DNA of 64,000 nucleotides from an uncultured Verrucomicrobiota bacterium (GTDB lineage Bacteria; Verrucomicrobiota; Verrucomicrobiia; Limisphaerales; UBA9464): NCBI GenBank assembly GCA_903910585.1, contig CAIWAH010000256.1, positions 7,207 to 71,206 of the forward strand, read 5' to 3'. Shown piece by piece: positions 58,031 to 64,000 of this stretch (position 1 is its first letter; each line of letters starts with the position of its first letter). The notes under the pieces were generated by a model. It saw only the letters and a program-made list of their open reading frames with translations, ran no database searches and was not told where the DNA came from. The position numbers and the translations under genes were made by a program.

Positions 58031-58175
58031 AGTATTTGCCGGAAGTCTTCGGGAAATGGTCTGAGTCGCCGGCAGAATCAGCGGCCTTCCGCCAGCCTCG
58101 CCGACGTCGGATTCACCGGAGACAGCGGGCCGCCATTCCTGTTTTCACGGCTGCTCCCAATCCGGCCGGGCGGGC

Positions 58176-58733
58176 TCAGGCCTTTTTCCGCGCGAGGATT
58201 TTCCGCAACAGGCTGACCAACAGGATGGCGGCCACGATGCCGGCGACGGCGAGGACGAGCTTCCAGCCGGACTTCTCCGTGAGCGTCTGGCCAAACCACG
58301 TGAACGCCAGCACGTAGGGCGCCTGGGCTGCGAGCGAGACCGGCAAATACCGCGAGAACCGCACGCCCGCGAGGCCTAGCACGTAATTCTGGATGAACAG
58401 CGGCATGCCGGGCGTGATGCGGAACAGGAGCAGGAAGCGCAGTTCATCCGCCGGATCAAACGTGGGCACCTGCTTGCCCCGGCGGGCAAGCCAGCGCTCC
58501 AACGGACCGCGCAGCCCGCGCCGGGCGAGCCAGTAGCCCAGGGTCATGTTCGCCGCGAGCGCCCCGACCCCGAGCAGGAATCCCAGGCCGGTGCCGAAAC
58601 GGTTGCCGGCCAGCACGAACAGGACGCTCGCCGGGAACGGCCCCAGCGGCAGGACCACCATCGCCGCCACGACCAACGCCGGGTGGGCCGAGTTCAGTGC
58701 CGCCTCTAGCTGCCGGTGCCATTGCTGGAGCAT
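58176..58733 (-). CDS. TVP38/TMEM64 (DedA-related, SNARE-associated) family membrane protein
   Basis: Internal ATG at 58733 (MLQQWHRQL...). '[15 protein letters not shown]', '[22 protein letters not shown]' are present. The upstream 94 aa of the track ORF overlap sugE on the other strand. Confidence 0.7.
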   Translation of the reverse strand: MLQQWHRQLEAALNSAHPALVVAAMVVLPLGPFPASVLFVLAGNRFGTGLGFLLGVGALAANMTLGYWLARRGLRGPLERWLARRGKQVPTFDPADELRFLLLFRITPGMPLFIQNYVLGLAGVRFSRYLPVSLAAQAPYVLAFTWFGQTLTEKSGWKLVLAVAGIVAAILLVSLLRKILARKKA

Positions 58734-58845
58734 CTCAAGCACGGCGAAACCGTGCGTTCCCGGAAGCCCGCGGGCGAGCCCGGACTGCGCCTCCGCGTTT
58801 CCCGGCGGCGACTGGCCACGGGCGATGCCTGCGCTACCCTGCGGC

Positions 58846-59178
58846 ATGGCTTGGATCTGCCTTTTGCTCGCCGGCCTGCTGGAGATCGGCTGGGCCATCG
58901 GACTGAAACACACCCAGGGCTTCACCCGTCTATGGCCCAGCGTGGGCACGGGCCTGTGCATGTTCGCCAGCTTCGCCCTGCTGTCGCTGTCCCTGAAGAC
59001 GCTGCCGATGGGCACCGCCTACGCGGTCTGGACCGGCATCGGCGCGGCCGGCACCGCCCTCGTCGGCATGCTGTTCCTGGGCGAACCGCGGGAGTTCGGC
59101 CGGGTCGCCTGCCTTTTCCTCATCGTTGCCGGAGTGGTGGGCCTCAAGCTGTGCACCCGCACCCCGGCGGCCGGCTGA
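58846..59178 (+). CDS. sugE: SMR-family (SugE/Gdx-type) small multidrug/guanidinium exporter
   Basis: ATG at 58846. '[20 protein letters not shown]' carries the conserved membrane Glu. '[26 protein letters not shown]' is present. The product is 110 aa. Confidence 0.9.
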   Translation: MAWICLLLAGLLEIGWAIGLKHTQGFTRLWPSVGTGLCMFASFALLSLSLKTLPMGTAYAVWTGIGAAGTALVGMLFLGEPREFGRVACLFLIVAGVVGLKLCTRTPAAG

Positions 59179-59193
59179 CCCGCCCGGACCTCC

Positions 59194-59781
59194 ATGACGG
59201 ACATCTTTACCCGGGCGAAACGGAGCGACGTGATGTCGCGCATCCGCTCCCGCGGGAACGTCCGCACCGAAGGCGCCCTCGTCCGCAAGTTCCGCGAACT
59301 CGCCGTCACGGGCTGGCGCCGGCAGCTGAAGGTCACCGTGCCCAATCCCTCCGCCGGTGGCACCGCGCAGACCTCAGGGAAGCGGCCTCAGGCATTGCGG
59401 CCCATGCTGGCCGTGCGACCGGACTTCGTGTTTCCGCGGCAAAAGCTGGCGGTGTTCGTGGACGGTTGTTTCTGGCACGCCTGCCCGCAGCACGCCACCC
59501 GGCCCCGCCAGAACGGCGCCTTCTGGCGGAAGAAACTCACGGCCAACCGCGAGCGCGACCGCCGGGTAAACCGGGCCCTGCGCCGGGCCGGCTGGCGGGT
59601 GCTCCGGATCTGGGAACATGCGCTTGCCCGGAAACATTCCAACCGGCTCACCGCGCGCCTGCGCCGCGCGATTGCCCCGCCCGGTTTCGCGGTCAGCGAA
59701 ACTCCACCTTCACCGCGCCGTAGCCCGCGGCCGCGGCCAGCGCGGCGAGCTGGAGCCGGGTGCGTTCCTCGGCGTCCTTGA
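59194..59781 (+). CDS. vsr: Very-short-patch repair endonuclease with an internal insert and C-terminal extension
   Basis: ATG at 59194. 'KRSDVMSRIRS', 'RPDFVFPRQKLAVFVDGCFWH', 'FWRKKLTANRERDRR' and 'GWRVLRIWEH' are present. Confidence 0.8.
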   Translation: MTDIFTRAKRSDVMSRIRSRGNVRTEGALVRKFRELAVTGWRRQLKVTVPNPSAGGTAQTSGKRPQALRPMLAVRPDFVFPRQKLAVFVDGCFWHACPQHATRPRQNGAFWRKKLTANRERDRRVNRALRRAGWRVLRIWEHALARKHSNRLTARLRRAIAPPGFAVSETPPSPRRSPRPRPARRAGAGCVPRRP

Positions 59782-60277
59782 GGATGCCGGACGCACGGGC
59801 GGCGAGGCGGATCTGGTCCACGGCCTGACGCCGGGCGTCCTGCTCCATCTGCTGGTCGAACTCGCGGAGGATGCCCGTGGAGCGCTCCACGACTTCAGTG
59901 CGCTTCTCGTCGAGATACACGTCGAGCAATTGCGGCTTGGGCAGCGACAGCGTGAGCTGTCCCTCGCGCATCTTCACGTCGGCAGGCGTGACCTTTTGCA
60001 AATCCACCCCTGCCTTGGCCACGCCATGCGCGACCATCAACAGCCGGTTCTGGCCATACCACTTCACGTCATCGAGCTGGATCACCTTCTCGAAGACATA
60101 CTTCACTGTGACCAGCTGGGAGAGCGCCTGGATCTGCGTGACGATGGCCGGCGTGTCCGCAATCCGCGGGCGGGACTGCGGCAGCACGCGTCCGAGAAAC
60201 AGGCCGCCCGCAATTCCGAAGCCCAAGATCGCCAGGCACAGCACGACGATGGCGACGAGAATGAGCTTCTGCTTCAT
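59693..60277 (-). CDS. DUF4230 protein
   Basis: ATG at 60277 and an N-terminal TM segment. 'IVTQIQALSQLVTVKYVFEKV....LLMVAHGVAKAGVDL' is typical of DUF4230. Confidence 0.7.
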   Translation of the reverse strand: MKQKLILVAIVVLCLAILGFGIAGGLFLGRVLPQSRPRIADTPAIVTQIQALSQLVTVKYVFEKVIQLDDVKWYGQNRLLMVAHGVAKAGVDLQKVTPADVKMREGQLTLSLPKPQLLDVYLDEKRTEVVERSTGILREFDQQMEQDARRQAVDQIRLAARASGILKDAEERTRLQLAALAAAAGYGAVKVEFR

Positions 60278-60347
60278 GGGGGAAATGAAGAAGCCGCGCG
60301 ACGAACGTCAACGCGGCTTTCGCCAATGTTCCGGCACCACGCGCGGA

Positions 60348-61265
60348 TCAGAACCTGACCTTCGCCGGGAAGAACTCCGCGATCAGTTCCTCGTAGAACG
60401 GGCGCAGGGCCTTGGCGTCGGGCTTGGTGTGGCTCTTGGTGTAAAGGTCGTAGGGATTGAAGCGCCGCACCCAGGGCAGCATGGCGCGATCCTGGTCGTT
60501 CAGCAGGTGGCCGTATTCCTCCTCGCGATGCCACGGGTAGAAGCTGTGGTAGCGCAGCATGTAGAGGCCCTCCATCGGCAGGTAATCCTTGCAGACGTGG
60601 TAGATGTATTCGTCGTGGCCCCAGGACAGGTCCACTGCGTCGAGGCCGCAGCCTTCCTCGTAAACGCCGTTGCGGGTCTGGAGTTTGGCGTTCTGGAAGT
60701 CGGGATTCGCCTCGAAGAATTTCGGGAAGACGATCTTGTTCGAATAGGCGCAGCCGGTCGGGAAGGTGTCACCGACGACCGCCCACTGGGGTTCGCCCCA
60801 AAGGCACAGAATCTTGCCAAGGTCGTGGACGAAGCCCGTGAGGATCATCCAGCGCGGCTGGCCGTCGCGGCGGAGCTGCTCGGCGGTCTGGAGCAGGTGC
60901 TCGAGCTGCGACATGTCGGTGTCGGGGTCCGAGTCGTCCACGAGCTGGTTGAGGTATTCCGCGGCCTCCCAGATGCCCATCTGCATGCGGTTCAGGCCGA
61001 GGAACTCCTTCTTCTTGGCCCGCGCGAAGTCGTGGGTCTGGAAGGTGTGGTTCAGCCGGTAGAACTCACGGACGGTGGGCCGCGCATCGGCCTCGTAGTT
61101 GCGGAACTCGGTTTCCTTCTTTTCCGGATCATAGCCCACGGTGGGCTTTTTCTTCGGCGCGCCGTCGGCCGGCATCGGTTCCGGATAGTGCTGGACGACG
61201 AAGTCCTCCCATTCGTCGAGGGACTTCAGGGGCTTGTTCACGTCGGCGGTCGGCGCAGTGCTCAT
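60348..61265 (-). CDS. myo-Inositol oxygenase (HD-domain di-iron oxygenase)
   Basis: Internal ATG at 61265 ([13 protein letters not shown]...). '[10 protein letters not shown]', 'HLLQTAE', 'GFVHDLGK', 'SWGHDEY' and '[10 protein letters not shown]' are present. Confidence 0.85.
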   Translation of the reverse strand: MSTAPTADVNKPLKSLDEWEDFVVQHYPEPMPADGAPKKKPTVGYDPEKKETEFRNYEADARPTVREFYRLNHTFQTHDFARAKKKEFLGLNRMQMGIWEAAEYLNQLVDDSDPDTDMSQLEHLLQTAEQLRRDGQPRWMILTGFVHDLGKILCLWGEPQWAVVGDTFPTGCAYSNKIVFPKFFEANPDFQNAKLQTRNGVYEEGCGLDAVDLSWGHDEYIYHVCKDYLPMEGLYMLRYHSFYPWHREEEYGHLLNDQDRAMLPWVRRFNPYDLYTKSHTKPDAKALRPFYEELIAEFFPAKVRF

Positions 61266-61312
61266 GGATGTGGTCGAGTGCGGGAGGTTGGTGGCCGAGA
61301 ATCCGGAGCGGC

Positions 61313-61969
61313 TCAAGCCGGATTTATGCGGTGTCCGTCCCGTTGCCAGGCTTCGGCGGCAAGCAGTCCCCACTCGGATTCAACCCGGGCGGACCGACGG
61401 AAGCCCGCTTCCTCCAGCCAAGGCGCCACCGGCTCGATCCGGCGGGCGGACAGACCGGTCAGCGGCCGGAACACGCCATACATCGCGGCCACGATCAACT
61501 GCGCCCGCCGGCGTCGCCAGCCCCGGTCGGGCACCTGGAAATCCGCCCACAACCAGCGGGCTTCGGACCGGAGGGCACCCGCGAGTCGGCGCATCACCCC
61601 GGGCAATTCCGTCGGGTCAAAGCAGTCGAGCGCGAACTGGGTGACCACCGCGTCAAAGGCCGGCGGTGCGGTCCACGTGCGCAGATCGGCGGTGATCCAC
61701 CCGACCCGTTCCACCAGGAGCCCCGCGTTGACCAAGGCCGAACGGGCGGCGGACTGCATCGCCGGGCTGGCATCGAGATGAACGAAGCGCACTTCCGGCC
61801 ACCGGCGCCGGGCCGCGACCAGGAACCGGCCATGGCCCTCACCCGCAAGCAACACATCCCGGCAACCGGCGAGCTGCTCCAGATGAACGAGGCGGCAGCG
61901 TTGCAGGCGGGGGCCGGCCAGCAGCCATTCCAGCCGGCGATAATGCGGCGCCAGACGGTTGAAGCTCAT
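61313..61969 (-). CDS. Class I SAM-dependent methyltransferase
   Basis: Internal ATG at 61969 ([15 protein letters not shown]) overlaps the upstream stop (ATGA). Motif I-like '[11 protein letters not shown]' and 'VHLDASPAM' are present. Confidence 0.7.
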   Translation of the reverse strand: MSFNRLAPHYRRLEWLLAGPRLQRCRLVHLEQLAGCRDVLLAGEGHGRFLVAARRRWPEVRFVHLDASPAMQSAARSALVNAGLLVERVGWITADLRTWTAPPAFDAVVTQFALDCFDPTELPGVMRRLAGALRSEARWLWADFQVPDRGWRRRRAQLIVAAMYGVFRPLTGLSARRIEPVAPWLEEAGFRRSARVESEWGLLAAEAWQRDGHRINPA

Positions 61970-62349
61970 GCTCCAGCAGTCCGCGCGATGCCGCTGCGAT
62001 GCCACCACAGCCCGGCCAGCATCCCGCCAAGGGCATATGCGGCGACATCCCGGAGATCACCGACCGCCCACGGGAACAGGCGCGGGCCGATGCCTTCCGC
62101 GATGACGCTCCACACGACGAAATGGAACGCGACTTCGCCGGGCTCGGGAAAGCGGTCGTGCTCGCGCAGTCCGAGGCGCCGCTGCACCCAGAGGAGGACC
62201 GGCAGCGCGCACGGGAGGAGCAGCAGATCATTGAACTGGCCGGTGAAGAACGGCAGCCCCGACGCCTCGCGCCACCAGCCGCGGTTGACCGCGTAGAGCA
62301 GGCACGCGCCCAGCCACAGCGGATCGGCAAGATACGGATACCGCCTCAC
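61966..62349 (-). CDS. Hypothetical small membrane protein
   Basis: There is no ATG in the hydrophobic part, so GTG at 62349 (VRRYPYLADPLWLGACLLYAV) was chosen. Three or four hydrophobic helices are present. The upstream part of the track ORF covers a repeat element. Confidence 0.4.
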   Translation of the reverse strand: MRRYPYLADPLWLGACLLYAVNRGWWREASGLPFFTGQFNDLLLLPCALPVLLWVQRRLGLREHDRFPEPGEVAFHFVVWSVIAEGIGPRLFPWAVGDLRDVAAYALGGMLAGLWWHRSGIARTAGA

Positions 62350-62531
62350 AGGAGCGCCACCATGAGAAAGCCCGCCGCTCCGGCGAGCAGGAGTTTGAGC
62401 AGCCAACGGTTCATCGGGCGACCAGCATGAAAGCCGGCGGCAGCCGCACAAGGCACGAGACCGCAAAAGTGCGCCGGGAGTTGAAGCGGCGTCCGGGCGA
62501 TCCCAGTTGCGGCAAGCAACCGTTCGAAACG

Positions 62532-62582
62532 ATGGGCGGTTGCCCGCGGAAACCACCGTGGGTTGCAGGCCAACCCGCCCAC
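62532..62582. repeat. GGGCGGTT...AACCCGCCCAC stem-loop repeat, copy 2
   Basis: The sequence is 'atgggcggttgcccgcggaaaccaccgtgggttgcaggccaacccgcccac'. It is in the same orientation as copy 1. Confidence 0.75.
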
Positions 62583-62646
62583 TGAGCATTCCGAAAGAAA
62601 CCGGAATTTGGCACGAGCCCCGCCGACAGTTGGCCGAGGCATCGGC

Positions 62647-64000
62647 TCAGCCCAGAGCCGCGCGGACGTCGCGCAGGAATTCCTCGGCCGTGAACGGCTT
62701 CTGCACGAGCCGGGCGGAGTTCGGCAGTCCTTCCCGGGCGACCACCTCGGCCGGGTAGCCGGAGATGTAGAGGCAGGGCAGTCCCGGGCGCAGCCCCTGC
62801 AGCCGTTCGCCCAACTGGATGCCGTTCATGCCGGGCATCACGAGGTCGGTGACCAGCAGGTGGATCGGCCCCGAATGCGCGACGGCGATCTCCAGGGCGG
62901 CGGTCGGGGTGCCCGCGGCGAGGACCGTGTAGCCGGCCTCGCGCAGCAGCTTCACGCCGAGGCGGAGCACCTGTTCCTCGTCCTCGACGAACAGGACCGT
63001 CCGGTGGGGCGGCGGCGCGGGCGACGCCGGCTCCACTGCGGTTTCGCCGGCCGGCGCCGGACCGACGCGGCTGCGCGGCAGGTGGATCTCGAACGTCGTG
63101 CCGCGACCGGTCTCGCTGCGCACCGCGATGTGGCCCTGGCTCTGCTTGATCACGCCAAAGACGATGGCCAGACCCAGACCGGTTCCCTTGCCCATCTCCT
63201 TCGTGGTGAAAAACGGCTCGAAAATCCGCGCCGCCGTGCCGGCATCCATGCCCTTGCCGGAATCCTCGATTGTCAGCAGCACATAGTCTCCGGGCGGACA
63301 TTCCGCGAGGGGCCGGTCGAGCATCACGTTGCGCGTGGCGATCCGGATCTTGCCCTGGCCGGCGATGGCATCGCGGGCGTTCACGCAGAGATTGGTCAGG
63401 ACCTGATCCAGCTGCCCCCCATCCGCGAGGACCGGCCAGACCTCCGACCCCGGACTCCAAACCAGCTCGATGTTCTCGGAAATCAGACGGCGCAGCAGGG
63501 TGAGGCTGCGACTGACGGTCTCGTTGAGATCAAGGACCTGCGGCACCACCGTCTGCTGCCGGGCAAACGCCAGCAACTGCTTGGTGATGTCCGCGGAGCG
63601 CCGGGCGGCGAGCTGGATTTCCTCAAGGTTGGCCCGGACGGGATGCGCCGCCGGAAGCTCCCCAACGGCCAGGTCGGCGTTGCCGCGGATGGCCTGGAGC
63701 ATGTTGTTGAACTCGTGGGCCACCCCGCCCGCCAGACGGCCGAGTGATTCCAGTCGCTGGGAATGCTGAAGCTGCTCCTTCAGGACTTCGCGCTCCTCCT
63801 CGTGGCGGTGACGCTCGGTCACGTCGGTATGCGTGCCGAACATCATCAGCGGTTTTCCGTCGGGCGTGTGCGAGATGACGCGGCCGCGGTCATGAATCCA
63901 GACCCAGCGGCCGTCCTTGTGCCGCATCCGGCAATCGCATTCGTAGTAGGAAAGCTCGCCGGAGAAGTGCCGCTTCAGCAGGGCCTCCGACTGCGCGAGA
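62647..64000 (-). CDS. Hybrid sensor histidine kinase / response regulator (PAS - HisKA - HATPase_c - REC); 5' end outside the window
   Basis: The frame is open to the window edge (...YYECDCRMRHKDGRWVW = PAS core). 'GGVAHEFNNML', 'DSGKGMD', 'GTGLGLA' are present. The C-terminal receiver shows 'VLFVEDEE...LLVTDLVMPGMNG'. Confidence 0.85.
   Translation of the reverse strand, partial: LAQSEALLKRHFSGELSYYECDCRMRHKDGRWVWIHDRGRVISHTPDGKPLMMFGTHTDVTERHRHEEEREVLKEQLQHSQRLESLGRLAGGVAHEFNNMLQAIRGNADLAVGELPAAHPVRANLEEIQLAARRSADITKQLLAFARQQTVVPQVLDLNETVSRSLTLLRRLISENIELVWSPGSEVWPVLADGGQLDQVLTNLCVNARDAIAGQGKIRIATRNVMLDRPLAECPPGDYVLLTIEDSGKGMDAGTAARIFEPFFTTKEMGKGTGLGLAIVFGVIKQSQGHIAVRSETGRGTTFEIHLPRSRVGPAPAGETAVEPASPAPPPHRTVLFVEDEEQVLRLGVKLLREAGYTVLAAGTPTAALEIAVAHSGPIHLLVTDLVMPGMNGIQLGERLQGLRPGLPCLYISGYPAEVVAREGLPNSARLVQKPFTAEEFLRDVRAALG

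Noticed and set aside
58734-58845. Guanidine riboswitch (ykkC / mini-ykkC / ykkC-III) upstream of sugE.
   Set aside because: I looked for the ACGR-loop hairpin pair, the GGUCCGAGAG/ACACGGCGGGA blocks and the CCGGACG...AGGACAAGAC pseudoknot. Only a loose 'CCGGAC...CCCGG' resemblance is present. An Infernal scan would settle it.
58176-59015. The full 279-aa track ORF for the TVP38/DedA-like gene, and the 210-aa track ORF (58546-59178) for sugE.
   Set aside because: The two extended ORFs overlap each other on opposite strands. Conserved family sequence begins at the internal ATGs 58733 and 58846, which leaves a plausible divergent promoter between them.

Overview
Visibly GC-rich chromosomal segment with hallmarks of the PVC superphylum, most likely Verrucomicrobiota. 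These hallmarks are a PSCyt/DUF1553 + DUF1501 pair, a sulfatase cluster, an H-X9-DG prepilin-like protein, a PVC-type heme-binding dehydrogenase, a PEP-CTERM tail and secreted proteins ending in '..RFYRIV'. I support about 49 protein genes. I saw no rRNA, tRNA, CRISPR array, integrase, transposase or phage structural core. All family calls come from reading motifs in the supplied translations; no search was run. The ORF track uses ATG, GTG and TTG starts, and many long ORFs are GC-driven shadow frames, so I trimmed starts where signal peptides or 4-nt start/stop overlaps gave a better model. Left to right: ppiD-like (partial), rluA-family, FHA protein; PSCyt-discoidin-DUF1553 / DUF1501 / three sulfatases; then the main item of interest. 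This is a minus-strand block (34917 down to 13374) with a propeller-type histidine kinase, a NarL-type regulator and a stand-alone CheY. These are followed by eight tightly packed or translationally coupled genes for exported proteins: a Kelch propeller with a tail-fibre-like N-terminus, a 602-aa unknown, a tail-fibre-like protein with a peptidase-S74 self-cleaving chaperone domain, a non-repetitive 2,704-aa giant protein, a TSP3-repeat protein, a MORN-variant protein, an Ig/cadherin-like protein and a P-domain PEP-CTERM protein. I cannot assign this block to any described system. After it come uvrA (carrying several in-frame palindromic or heptamer mini-insertions), housekeeping genes, a BadF-kinase/MurQ fusion, lipA and an orphan GspE-like ATPase. 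The livHMGF operon is colonised by a RelE/antitoxin pair, a DUF1963 gene, a palindromic element and a 1.2-kb islet bracketed by a duplicated livF 3' end. The window ends with two tandem paralogous unknowns, sugE, vsr, myo-inositol oxygenase and a partial hybrid kinase. Several families of GC-rich palindromic repeats occur in intergenic regions and inside genes.
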